Both the position numbers and the translations under genes were made by a program. A stretch of 64,000 nucleotides of DNA from Scyliorhinus canicula. Its lineage: Eukaryota. Under the pieces are notes generated by a model that worked only from the letters and a program-made list of their open reading frames with translations, did not search any database and had not been told where the DNA came from. The stretch is taken from assembly GCF_902713615.1 (NCBI RefSeq), contig NC_052172.1:6057337-6121336 (forward strand), given 5' to 3'. Positions 36,943-49,796 of the stretch are shown one piece after another (within the stretch, counting starts at the first letter, position 1; the number at the start of each line of letters is the position of its first letter).

Positions 36943-37841
36943 TCAGTTACGTGCAGATTCTGTAAATAGATGTTTCCCACATTGCAACTCTCTCCTCAGC
37001 TGTGCCCTGAATTTTGATTGAGTGAGAGCGTACATACACGTGCTCGTGCAGCAGTTCAGTGTGCTGAGCATGTCGGCGGTTTCATGAATAACAGCCAAAG
37101 GGTCGGCGAAGTCGTGGAAGCTGTACCTTTTAGTGGCCCGTGAGTAAAGAAAGAGACCGATCGTTGGCATCCACAGCAAGATGAAACTGGTCGAGGCTGC
37201 AAAGAGCAAAACCAGCGCTTTCCTCCGATTCTGCATCTCGGGGTCCTCGGAACTCTGGCCATCTTTCCGGAAACCCCGCCGTAGCCGACTGGCCGCCAGG
37301 ACGTGTCTGACTGTCAAAATGTTCAGCAGCACCACGGCGAGGTAGGGGATCAAGGGAGTTAAAATTACGTTCACCCAGTCAAACATTCTCCAGGCCTGAG
37401 TTTTGTCGTTGCTGAGAGCATCTCGATGTTCGTTGTGCAGATTTTTATGATCATAATAATGGATATTAGTGAAATAATTGGGGATACTCCTCAGATATGT
37501 CCCAAGGTAAATCGCTGCAACTGTCAGAGCTGCAGATTTCGGTGTACAGTAAATTCTACTGAATCTCTGGCAACAGATCGCCACGAATCGGTCAAAGGTG
37601 AAGGACACACACAGCCAGACTGAGCAATCGATTACCGCGGCGCTCATGATGGAATTTAGGCCATAGGCTAAGCTGTTAAGGTAAAATACCTGTGGGAAAT
37701 GAGGCGCCAGTATATGGTTGACCAAAACAAGAAATACTAGAACCAGCAGATCCGCTGTGACCATGGCTATAAGGTAGATAGTGGTGCTCTTGCAGAGGCC
37801 GCAATCCCTGAGATGGAGGGTCAGCAGAGTGACTAAGTTGG
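36943..37841 (-). CDS. GPR139/GPR142-like orphan class A GPCR, exon 2 (TM1 end to C-terminus)
   Basis: Acceptor tttatttcag|CC (37842-37843). Open frame (A)NLVTLLTLHLRDCGLCKSTTIYLIAMVTADLLV...SVWLCVSFTFDRFVAICC...LTPLIPY...DPEMQNRRKALVLLFAASTSFILLWMP...NCCTSTCMYALTQSKFR...; stop at 36943-36945. Confidence 0.92.
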
Positions 37842-38544
37842 CTGAAATAAAGTTTCAAATAAGTTAGACATTACAGTTGCAGGAATTATTTGTGACTTCA
37901 ATAACATAACGTCTATGTCCTCACATTCAAATGCTTCAATTTTCGTTATTCTTCCATAAGTCTGTAATAGCGCCCAGCTTTGCGCACATCAGCGAACTGC
38001 AAATGGAAGCCTTTCTCCTTCATTACTTGTAGTTAGTGCTCATGCTTCACCTGACTCATCTGTAAAGTACCGAAGTTCATTCTTAAAACAAGCTGCGATG
38101 CTCCACTGCTCCTTTCAGATTGTTTTTACATAGAAACATGCATAGAAAATAGAAGCAGCAGGAGGCCATTCGGCCCTTCGAGACTGCTTCGCCATTCATT
38201 ACGATATTGGCTGATCACCAGGTTCATTACCCTGATCCCGCCTTACCCCATATCGCTTGTCTGTTTAACCCCAAGTGTTATATGGAATTCCTTCTTCAAA
38301 ATTACGCTACGTGTTGGCCTCAACTGCTTTCTGTGATAATGAATTCCACAGATTCGACACTCGCTGGATGAAGACATTTCTCCTCATCTCAGAACTAAAA
38401 GGTGTACCCCAGATCCTCAAACCATGCCCCTCGTTGTACATCCTCGCATCATCGGGAACTTCTTTCAGAATCTGTCCTGCCTAATCCTGTTTGAATTTTA
38501 CAAGTTTCTATAAGATCGCATCTCACTCTCCTCAACTCAGCTTC

Positions 38545-40900
38545 ATATTTGATCTAATTTGATTTCTCATTGTCACATGTATTAGTACACAGTGAAAAGT
38601 ATTGTTTCTTGCATGCTGTACAGATAATGTATACCGTACATAGGGAAGGAAGGAGATACTGCAGAATATGATGTTACAGTTATAGCAAGGTGTAGAGAAA
38701 AGATCAATTTAATACGAGGTAGGTCCATTCAAAAGTCTGATGGCAGTAGGGAAGAAGCTGTTCTTGAGTCGGTTGGTACGTGACCTCAAACTTTGGTACC
38801 TTTTTCCTAACGGAAGAAGGTGGAAGAGAGTATGTCCGAGGTGCGTGGGGTCCTTAATTATGCTGGCTGCCTTTCCGAGGCAGCGGGAATTATAGATAGA
38901 GTCATTGGATCGGAGGCTGGTTTGCGTGATGGACTGGGCTACATTCACGACCTTTTGTAGTTTTCTGCTGTCTTGGGCAGAGCAGGGTCCATACCAAGCT
39001 GTGATACAACCAAAAAAAGTGCGTTCTATGGTGCATCTGTAGAAGTTGGTGAGAGTCGTAGCTGACATGCAAAATGTCCTTAGTCTTCTGAGAAAGTAGA
39101 GTCGTTGGTGGGCTTTCTTAACCATAGTGTCGGCATGGGGTGGGGGGGGGGGGGGCAGGGGGGGGCAGGACAAGTTGTTGGTAATCTGGACACCTGAAAC
39201 CCATAAGCTCTCGACCCTTTCTATTTCGTTCCCATTAATGTAGACAAGGGGCATGTTCTCCATTGCGCTTCCTGAAGTCGATGACTATTTCCTTTTTATT
39301 GACATTGAGGGAGAGATTATTGTCGTTGCACCAGTTCACCAGATTCTCTATCTCATTCCTATACTCTGTATCGTCATTGGTTGAGATCCGACCCACTACG
39401 GTGGTGTCATCAGCAAATTAGAAAATCGAATTGGAGGGGAATTTGGCCACACAGTCATATGTGTATAATTAGTATAGTAGAGGGCTGAGGCCACAGCCTT
39501 GTGGGGCACCGGTGTTGAGGAGGATCGTGGAGGAGGTGTTGTTGCCTATCCATACTGATTGTGGTCTGTGGGTTAGAAAGTTCAGGATCCAGTCGCAGAG
39601 GGAGGAGCCGAGGCCAAGGCCACGGAGTTTGGAAATGAGTTTCGTCGGAATGATGCTGTTGAAGGCTGAGCTGTAGTTGAAAATAGGAGTCTGACATAGG
39701 TATCTTCGTTATTTCGGTGTTCCAGGGTATAGTGCAGGGACTTGGAGATGGCGTCTGCTGTGGAGTGGTAGGCGAACTGTAGCGGATCGAGACAATCTGG
39801 GGCGCTGGGGTTGATTCGTGCTATGACTAACCTTTCAAAACACTTCCTGATGATGGATGTCAGAGCCACTGGACGATAGTCATTAAGGCATGCTGCTTGG
39901 CTATTTTTTTGGTACAGGGATGATGGTCGTCTTCTTGAAGCAGATTGTTGTAAAGCGAAGTTGAAGATGTCTGCGAATACCCCCGCCAGCTGATCTGCGC
40001 AAGACCTGAGTGCTCGTCCGGGTACCCCATCCGGGCCAGTGGCTTTCCGTGGGTTGACCTTCGAGAAGGCTGCTCTGATGTCTACAATGATGATCTCAGA
40101 TACAAGTTCATCCGAGGTTTCTGGGGTGGAGGGCTCGCTCTCGCTAACCTATTGCTCAAAGTGTGCATAGAATGCGTTGAGCTCATCAGGGAGGGGTGCA
40201 TTGGAGCTGATGATTTTACATGCATTCATCTCGTAGCCCCTTATGTCTCGCAGACCATGCCGTGGACGGCGGGGGTCCGTGTGGCTAGTCTGGTACTCGA
40301 ACTTGGTCAGGTACTGTCTTTTGGCATCTTTGATGGATTTCTTTAGATCATATCTGGCTTTCCTGTATAGGTCAGGGGCGCCTGACTTGAACGCCTCAGA
40401 CCTAGACTTCAGCAAGCTGTGGATATCCCAGTTCATCCAGAGTTTCTGGTTGGGAAACACGCGGATTTGCTTCTTTGGCACACAGTCTTCTACACACTTA
40501 CTAATGAAGTCACTTACTGTACTGACGTACTCGTTCAGGCTGGTCGCAGAGTTTGTAAATATTGAGTCTAAGCAGTCCCGTCGGAGATCATCCGATTCCA
40601 CAGACCAACAATGCATGATGTTCTTTGATGGATTCTCCCACTTCAGTTTTTGCTTATAAGCTGGGAGCAGGAGCACAGCCTTGTGGTCAGATTTGCCAAA
40701 GTGTGGGCGGGCGATAGAGCGGTCGGCATGTTTGCTGTTTGTGTAGCAGTGATCCAGGATGTTTGGGCCTCTGCTGGAACAGGTGACGTGTTGGTGGTAA
40801 CTTGACAATACACTCTTGAGCTTGGCCTGATTGACGACCCCAGCTACAGTGAACAAGGCCTCGGGATGTTTCGTTTCAAGGCTATTTGTGGTGGTGAATA
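38545..40900 (-). mobile_element. Rex1/Babar-type LINE (endonuclease tail, RT and 3' end), frameshifted; inside the GPCR intron
   Basis: ORFs 40149-40856 (ILDHCYTN...PHFGKSDH), 39582-39869 (ALTSIIRKCFERLV...LDPLQFAY) and 38709-39263 (HQRLYFLRRLR...NFYRCTIE...TNRLKNSFFP). Confidence 0.88.
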
Positions 40901-42978
40901 TTTTGTCACCACCACAAATAATCGAACCAACTTAGTTTCTCCTCTTTTGACAGTCCTGCCATTTCAGAAATTAGCCTGGTAAACTGTCGCTGAACTTCGT
41001 CTAGAGCAAGAACGATCTTCTTTGATTAAAGACATCAGAAATGCACTCAATACTCCAGGTGTGGCCTTACCAATGCCCGATACATTTGCAATAAAACATA
41101 TCAATTCCTGCACTCAAATTCTCTCGCAAAGAAGGCCAACATACCATTTCAATTTTTACTGCCTGTTGTATCTGCACACTTACTCTCAGCGACAGATGCA
41201 CGAGGACAGCAAGGTCTCGTGGTGTATCCACCTCTCCCAATTTACATCTATTCATTAAAAATCTGACTTCCTATTTTTGCTCACATTTATCCACATTATC
41301 TGCAAGTGCCATGCATTTGTCCACTCTTTCAGTCTGTTCAAATTCCACTGAAGCATCTGCAATCAAAGAACAAAGAAGCCCTCCAAGCCTGCGCCGATCA
41401 CGTATCGAATGGAGACCATCTGCTTGTAACCTTCTGTACCCCATCTGTTCATGTGCCTATCCAGATAAGTCTTAATGGTCGCTATCGTATCTGTCACAAT
41501 CACCTCACTTGGCAGTGCATTCCAGGCCACCACCATACTCTGTGTAAAAAACTTCCCTTGCGCATCTCCACGGAACCTTTCCCCCTCACGTTGAACCCAT
41601 GCCCCCTTTTAATTGTAATTTCTGCCCTGGGAAAAGGCCTCCAACTGTTCACCCTATCTGTACCCCTAATAATTTGATAAATTTCTATCAGGTCGCCAAT
41701 CAGCCTCCGTCTCTCTAGGGAGAACTATCCCAGTTTATTCAATCTCTCCTCATCGCTAATACCCTCCATACTGGGCAACATCCTGGTAAACCTTTTCTGT
41801 GCTCTGTCCAAAGCCTCCACACCCTTCTTGTAGTGCCGTGACCAGAATTGGACACAGTATCCCAAATGTGGCCTAACCAACGCTTTATATAATTGTAGCA
41901 TAATTTCCGAGCTTTTATACTCGTTACCCCACCCTCTGAAGGCAAGCATGCCATATGCTTTTTTCACCACCTGTGCTGCCACTTTTTAGGATCTGTGGAT
42001 CTGCACGCCCAGATCTCTCCATGTCTCTCTGCTCCTGTTGGTTCTGCCCTTTATTTTATAGCTCCCACCTGAATTGCATCTCCCAAAATGCATCACCTCG
42101 CATTTGTCCAGATTAAAATCCACCTGCCATTTCTCTGTCCAGTATTGCAGCCTATCTATATCCTGCTGTATTCTCTGACAATCTTCATCACTGTCCGCAA
42201 CACCTGCAATCTTAGTATCATCCGTAAACTTGATAATCAGACCCACAAGGTTTTCTTCCAAGTGACTTATATATATTACAAAGAGCAGAGGTCCCAGAAC
42301 TGGTCCCTGCGGAACACGATTCGTTACAGCCCTCCATTCGGAAAAGCACCCTTCCACTGCTACCCTCACTATTCTATGGCAAAGCCAGTTGTGGATCCAT
42401 CCAGATAGTTCATCTCTGACATCATTTGATCTAATCTTTTGCACCAGCCTGCCAAGATGGACCTTTTCAAATGCTTTACTAAAGACCATGTAGACAGCAT
42501 ACACAACCCTTCCCTCGTCAATCATTTTTGTCAGCTCCGCAAAAAAATCAATCAAATTAGTGAGACATGACCACCCTCTCTGTCGTTAATAAGATCATTC
42601 ACTTCCAAATGTGCACAGATCCTATCTCTGAGAATCTTTTCCAATAATTTCACTATCACGGACGTAAAGCTCACTGTCTTATAATTACCCGGATTATCCT
42701 TGCAACCCTTCTTAAATAACGGTACAACATTGGCTATCCCTCCAATGCTCCGGGATCTCACCTGTGGCCAACGAGGATACAAAGATTTCTGCCAGAGGCC
42801 CAGCGATTTCATCTCTTGACTCCCTCAACAATCTGGGATAGATGCCATGTGGCCCTGGGAGTTTGTCTACCTTAATGCTTTTTAACACACCTAACCCTTC
42901 CACCCTCGTAATACCGACGTGTTCTAAAGTGTTTACACATCCCTCTGAGAAACCACCAATCAACATGTCCCTCTCCTT

Positions 42979-43211
42979 AGGGCAGCACGGTGGCCTAGTG
43001 GTTAGCACAACCGCCTCACGGCGCTGAGGTCCCAGGTTTGATCCCGGCTCTGGGTCACTGTGTGGAGTTTGCTCATTCTCCCCGTGTCTGCGTGGGTTTC
43101 GCCCCCACAACCCAAAAATGTGCAGAGTAGGTGGATTGGCCACGCTAAATTGCCCCTTAATAGAAAAAATAATTGGGTAATCTAAATTTATAAAAAAAAA
43201 CAAAAAAGAAA
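42979..43211 (+). mobile_element. A-tailed HE1-head SINE with 17-bp TSD
   Basis: TSD aacatgtccctctcctt at 42962-42978 and 43212-43228; A-rich tail; same subfamily as 21394-21674. Confidence 0.92.
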
Positions 43212-43343
43212 AACATGTCCCTCTCCTTTGTGAATACCGATGCAAAATACTCATTAAGGACCTCACCACTTCCTCTGGTTCTGTACATAATTTCCCTCCT
43301 TTGTCCTTGAGTGGGCCAACTATTTCTCTAGCTACCCTCTTGT

Positions 43344-43522
43344 GAAATGAAAATCGCTTATTGTCACAAGTAGGCTTCAAATGAGGTTATTGTGAAAAGC
43401 CCTTAGTCGCCACATTCCGGCACCTGTTCGGGGAGGCTGGTACGGGAATTGAACCGTGCTGCTGGCCTGCCTTGGTCTGCTTTAAAAGCCAGCTATTTAG
43501 CCCAGTGTGCTAAACCAACCCC
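43344..43522 (-). mobile_element. Full-length family-2 tRNA SINE
   Basis: Matches the 19293-19463 copy. Confidence 0.88.
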
Positions 43523-45109
43523 TAACGTTTATAACATACTTATAAAATGCCTTTGAATTCTCTTTAATCCTGTCTGCCAAGGACATTTCGTGACCCCTTT
43601 TTTGACCTCCTAGCTCCCTGCTTGAGCTCTTTTCTACTTTCCTTGTATTCCTCGAGTGGTTTATCTATTTTTAGTTGCCTGTACCTCACATATGCATCTT
43701 TTTTCTTTTTGAGAATATTCTCAATTTCCCTTGTCATCCACTGTTCTCGAATCCTGCCTTTCCTGTCTATCCGTTTTACCGTCACATGCCTGTCCTAAAC
43801 GACCATCAACAGCTCCTTAAGAGCCTCCCACATGCCAAATGTGGAATTACCCATAACCAGCCTCTCCCAAACAGCAGCCTCCAAATCCTGCCTAACCTGG
43901 TTGTAGTTGGCCTTCCCCCAATTTAGCACCTGAACTCTAGGACAACACTCGTCCTTTTCCATGAGTAGCTGAAAGCTAACGGAATGTTGTCACTGTTCGC
44001 CACATGTTCTCACACAACTTTGGTGACCTGGCCGGGCTCGTTCCCTAGGTCTAGGTTCAATATCGCCACCTCTCTAGTCGGACCATCCACACATTGTCCA
44101 AAAAAACATCTTGGACACACTTAACAAATTCCTCACCATCCAGACCCTAGCCCTGAGGCATTTCCAGTCAACATGAGAAGAATTAAAGCATCCCACTACA
44201 AAAACGCTGTTATTGCTACATCTATCCAAAATCTGCTTACATATCTGTTCCTCAGCTTCCCGTTGGCGGTTGGGAAGCCTGTAGAACACCCTCAATTTAG
44301 CGCATGCTCCTTCTTGTTTCTGAGCTCAGTGTCTCATTACTTGATTTTTCCATGGTGTCCTCCATCTGTACAGCTGTAATATATTCCCTGACCAGTATTG
44401 CAACTCGCCCACCTCTTTTACCTTCCTCCGTGTCTCGTCTAAAACACCTATTTCCTGGAATATCTAGCTGCCAGTCCAATCCCTTTTTTTAACCAAGTCT
44501 CCGTTACAGCAACCACATCCAACTTGTGTGCGTGAATCAAGGCTTTATGTTCATCTGTCTTACCTATTATAGTCCTTGCACTGAAGCAGAAACACTCCAG
44601 ACCTCCAGTGCCACTGAGTTCGACCTTCCCCAGCCTACCCTCCCTCTTTGCCAGCTTGACCCTAGTACCATGTTCATCCCCAGTCTCTATACTTGCTGGC
44701 TTACTGTATTGATTCTCACCCCCATGCCAAATTAGTTTAAGCCCACCCGAACCATACTAGTAAACCTCCCAGCCAGGATATTGGTGCCCCTCCAGTTCAG
44801 GTGTAACCCGTACTTCTTGTGCAGGCCCCTTCAATGGCAGCTATCCCGTTGATCAGAAAAACTGAAGCTCGCCCTCTTGCAACAGTTCTTTAGCCACGTG
44901 TTCAACTGCACTATATCCCCGTTGCTCGCCTCGCTAGCACGTGGCACGAGGAGCAATCCTGAGATTACTACCCGGGAGGCCCTGCTTTTTAATCCTCTAC
45001 CTAGCTCCCTAAATTGCCGTTGCAGAACCTCGCTACTCTGCCTATCTATGTCATTCGTACCAATGTGGACAATTACCTCTATCTGATTTACCTCCTGTTT
45101 TAGGATGCT

Positions 45110-46990
45110 CACACGTTAGCTTCCCATCCAACTTCCCAAATTTGGAGAAAATACAAGTGTCCAAATAATTAATATACAATGTGAACAGTTGTGGTTCCAG
45201 CACATATCCCTGTGGTAATGCACTAATCACCACCTGCCAAAGGGAAAAAACATAACCAGCGTTTTGCTTCCTGGCTGCTAACCAGCTTTCTACCCACAAC
45301 CACAAACATTCCATAGTAATCTTCAATGTAACAACTTGTCAATAATCTTCTGAAAGTGTAAGCAAACCACATCCACCGTTTCTCCCTGGTCAACTCTACT
45401 AGTTACATCTTCAAAAAACTCTAGAAATTTGGCAAACATAATTTTCGCTTTCGTAAATCCATGCTAACGTTGACTGATTACACCACTACTTTCCAAATGC
45501 TGTGCTATGAAATCCTTGATAATGGAGTTCAGCAACTTCCCGACAACCGACATTAGGCTTTCTCTACCTCCCTTCTTAATAACGGGCTTATATTTGCTAC
45601 CCTCCAAACTGAAGGAACCATTGCAGAGTGAAACTCATTGTACAATAAGACCACCAATGATTCTATTATTTCAAGGGCCACTTCCTTAAATACTCTGGGA
45701 TGAAGATTATCAAACCCTGGATGTCTATCCGCCTTCAATTCCATTATTTACCCTGAAAACATGTTTCCAAATACTAATTTCCTTCAGCTCCTCACTAAAA
45801 CTTTCTCGGAACTTCCTGTACATTTTTCATGTCTTCCTTTCTGAAGGCAGAAGCAAAGTACGAATTTAGTTCCTCAGCCATCCCTTGGTTCCCAGTAATG
45901 AATTCCCCCCATTTCTGACGGTAAGGAGCCGACATTAGATTTTCTCGCTCTTGTTCTATTACTTATCTACAGAAACGTGTGCACTCAGTTTTTATATTTC
46001 CCTCTGGCTTAGTTTCAAGTTGTACTTTTCCCTTTTAATCAATCCCTTGGACTCCGTTTGCTGAATTGTAAACTATTCCTAATCGTCAAGTCTTTCTTTT
46101 TACTTGTTAATTTGTATGCCACTTCTTTGAATCTAATATTATCTCTAATTTCCCTTGTAGGCCAAGGTTTGGACACAGTTCTCTTTCTACGTTTGCTTCA
46201 AATAGCACGAAACAACTTTTGGAATTCAACTATTCTTTTCTTTTCTTGGATCCCCTTACATCCATCTGCGCAAATAATTCATCCATTTTATTGACAATCC
46301 TCTGCAATTCAGATACAAATCTTACAGCTAGTTCTTTCAACACTCCTTGTTCCGTCTGTACGATTATTCTGAGTGCCATTATCTGTTACAGACACTTGAT
46401 TACTCTGCCAATTACTTTTCTTCTTCGCTTTGCTGCTTTTTTTCTTTCTCTTGTTCCTGATTATCTTTGCTGTGACTCCTTACGTAGGTTCTCATCCCTC
46501 TGCCATACCTTTTGAACAGTAAGAAGTCTTACAGCACCAGGTTGACGTCCAACAGGTTTGTTTCAAGTCACTTGCTTTCGGAACACTGCTCCTTCCTCAG
46601 GTGAATCTGTTTCAAATCACACGTTTTCAGAGCACCGCTCCTTCCTCAGGTGAATGAGGGAAGGAGCAGTGCTCCGAAAGATAGTGATTTGAAACAAACA
46701 TGTTGGACTTTAACCTGGTGTTGTAAGACTTCTTATACTCCTCACCCCAGTCCAACACCGGCATCTCCATATCATACTTTTGAAACCAACCGCAACCGCT
46801 CTGGACATCCTCTACCCACAAATATCACTCCCAGTCCTGCCCAGGTGTAAGCCGTCCAGTTTGTACAGGTCCCATCTCGGCAAAAGCGGCCCCAATGCCC
46901 CAGAAATCTGAAATGCCTCCCCTACTTCATTTATTTAGCCATGCATTCATCCGATATTTCCTTCTATCTCGACTTTGATCAGCAGGTGGC
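45110..46990 (-). mobile_element. Old CR1 remnant (RT to ORF1 pieces), split by a Penelope-like insertion
   Basis: GFDNLHPRVFKEVA...WRVANISPL (45553-45744); ORF1 ...WDLYKLDGLHL relic at ~46840-46900. Confidence 0.7.
46517..46776. mobile_element. Penelope-like terminal-repeat element: inverted-repeat structure with three degenerate hammerhead ribozyme motifs
   Basis: Arms ~46520-46600 and ~46657-46735 are reverse complements; - strand CACCTGAGGAAGGAGCAGTGTTCCGAAAGCAAGTG; flanking cttttgaa at 46509-46516 and 46777-46784. Confidence 0.75.
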
Positions 46991-47784
46991 ATGGTAACAA
47001 ATCTGAGATCACTGAGGGAGAGAGAAGCTGAGATATTTAGGGAGAGAATTCCAGAGATGGAGATATCGACAGCTGTAGAAACGGAGAACAAAATGCAATC
47101 ATTAATTCAGAGCTTTGCAAGTGGCTAACACTGATGGAGTGCAAATATGATCAAGGTGGTGTTGATGTATAAAATCAAAGCGGCAAGTGGTCATGGACAT
47201 GTGAGGATTTGAAAGTAACAAAGGTATTGTTCAATTTTTACTTGCCGTTCCAGGAAGTAAGAAGGAAGGCAAGTGGAATATTAGCCTTCACTTCAAAGGA
47301 GACCACGTTAGAAGTGTATAACTGTGACCAACGGTCAATATAGCTTTTGGGATCTCATCGCGATTCCTATGCAGTGCGTCACTTTCGTTGAGTAAGAAGG
47401 AACATTCATGCAATGCAATAAAATTGGAAGTGAAAGTGGGTTCGTCCTCAGATTGAGGCATTGGCTGGAATTCGGCAGTCACTGCGATTCACTGTTCCCG
47501 TAGCCAGCGCTCCCCCGCCCGCGGGTTTCCCTGCAGTGTGGGATGAAAATCCCATTGACCTTGGCAGGAAGATATAACCCCCTACCAGCGAACAGCGCAC
47601 CAATGAGAAAGAGGCAGCTGGGGGACCGGAAAATCCAACGCGTTTTCTTATGTGGGCGAAAAGTTGGTCATCCTCAGCGGGATTGTGCGACACCACACAG
47701 CTGTCTGTTTCTGGTCGGTGCGGCAGTCGTAGATGGCGTGAATTTATCTTTCTGTGGCTTGTCAATTGGATTTCCCAGTGTAAC

Positions 47785-48136
47785 GGGGGCAGCACGGTAG
47801 CATGGTGGTTAGCATAAATGCTTCACAGCTCCAGGGTCCCAGGTTCGATTCCCGGCTGGGTCACTGTCTGTGCGGAGTCTGCACGTCCTCCCCGTGTGTG
47901 CGTGGGTTTCCTCCGGGTGCTCTGGTTTCCTCCCACAGTCCAAAGATGTGCGGGTTAGGTGGATTGGCCATGCTAAATTGCCCGTAGTGTCCTAAAATGT
48001 AAGGTTAAGGGGGGTTGTTGGGTTACGGGTATAGGGTGGATACGTGCGTTTGAGTAGGGTGATCATTGCTCGGCACAACATCGAGGGCCGAAGGGCCTGT
48101 TCTGTGCTGTACTGTTCTATGTATCTATGTATCTAT
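47785..48136 (+). mobile_element. Full-length HE1-like SINE
   Basis: Near-identical to 20607-20958. Confidence 0.93.
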
Positions 48137-49796
48137 TGCGACGTCGCCACAAAACCCCCGAGCGCAGATGCACTGCTGGCGGGAAAAACGAATCGCAAAT
48201 GACCTAAGAAGTCTGGCCTTATTGTCATAGAGGTCTATCGCACAGAAAATGCCGTTCGCTTCTTTGCGTTTCGTCAGTTTGAAATAACCAACTAAGTATT
48301 CTAATTCTGCTTCCAGCACTGTTACAACAGTTTTGTATGTCTTGGGATCGCAATTGCACATCTAAATGCTTCTTAAATGTCATGAGCCTCTCTGCCCTCC
48401 ACCTCCATTTCAGGCAGTGAGTTTTAAACTACATGCATCCTCACATCCCCTCTAATACTGTTGCCTCTTTGCACAAATCTATTCTCCTAGTTGATCCCTT
48501 CACCAATATCCAAACTCTCTTCACAGCGAAAGAAAAGCAGCCCTGCCGATATCCTGGTGAATTTCCCTTGCACCATTTCCAGCGATTCTAGAACAGTACA
48601 CAATACTGCAGCTATGGCCTATCCAACGTACAGTTCCAGCATAGCTTCCCTGCTCTTCAACGCTATGCTTCGGCTCATAAAGGCAGGTATACAATATGCT
48701 GTCCTAACCATTCCATCCACATGCCCAGCTACCTTAAGGGACCGGTGTAAAAACACAGCGAGGCACCTCTGATTCTCTGCGCTTCCCAGTGTCCTGCCGT
48801 TCATTATGTATTCAGTTGCCTTGTTTGTTCCGTCGAAATGCATCACATAACACATAAACCGATTGAATTTCATATAATCAAGACGCAGTTGGCAAGTTCA
48901 CCTTTTGATCAAAACGGAGCTCAGATTTTGGGGGCGAACAGAAGGGCGGATTGGAGACCAAAGTAAGGACAGAAATGAACCAATTGAATCCGGGAAAAGA
49001 GAATAGAGTGTTCTGACTTGTGTCCCTCGTGATCTAATCTCCTTATCTGGTTTGAATTGGCACTCTATTATGAGTGCATTGGAAAATGTTCAGCTAATTT
49101 TATTATATGTAGTTCCCAGTCTTCATATCAACGGCATTATCTACTCCTGTTTCCCATCCACTCGCCGCATGTTCAGCCTTGGATATGGACAGCCTTTTTT
49201 TTTTATCAATGCAGAGAGTGTGGAGCAGGCATACTCACAGATATGCCGGAAGTACTTCAAATGATGTCTTCTGAGTATGTCAGACATTCAAGACTGATGG
49301 ATGAGCTAACTTTACCTGGTGATATTCAAGACTTCCAAACTTTTACGTTGGTGACTGGAGGGCACGTTTACCTTATGGTACATTGAGGTACAATCAGTTT
49401 CTATTCCAAGTAACGTGAAGATTTATCAGTAAAGGAGGATACATCTGCAGAAACGTATGTTGACAGATGTAAAGGGTGAAGCACTTGACGCCTGCCAGAC
49501 GGACAGGAACACAGTAACTGATTAAAAAAAGGGTCTACATGTAACGTGTTTAGTTCAATCCATCGTAGTTGCTGCTTAAAGCCTGATGCTCCCTAATTTG
49601 GGGAAACAAAGTTCAGATTGTCGAACGGTCTTGTGAAAACTCCGAGTCTTCAGGCATGACACATATATTTCGGTTACCAGCCGCCGGGTTACGGGTGGCA
49701 TGCTGACACAATGCATCAAACAACTGTCTCACAGCACCAGGGACCCGTGTTCCGGGCTTGAATGGATAGGGAAATTGCAAATGCACCAGTGATAAT

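Larger units (their letters stand above)
41380..45110 (-). mobile_element. Near full-length degraded CR1 (ORF1 esterase, EN, RT, 3' tail) with nested SINEs
   Basis: VIVHIGTNDIDR (44831-45112), VFYRLPN (44074-44295), KFTDDTK and RPHLGYCVQFWS in successive ORFs. Confidence 0.88.

Noticed and set aside
42962-42978. L1 TSD (aaaaacatgt...) and SINE TSD (aacatgt...) both start with AACATGT, hinting at sequence-specific targeting
   Set aside because: The third TSD (21379, aaagatgcc on -) does not share it; an ordinary TT/AAAA-like preference explains the data.
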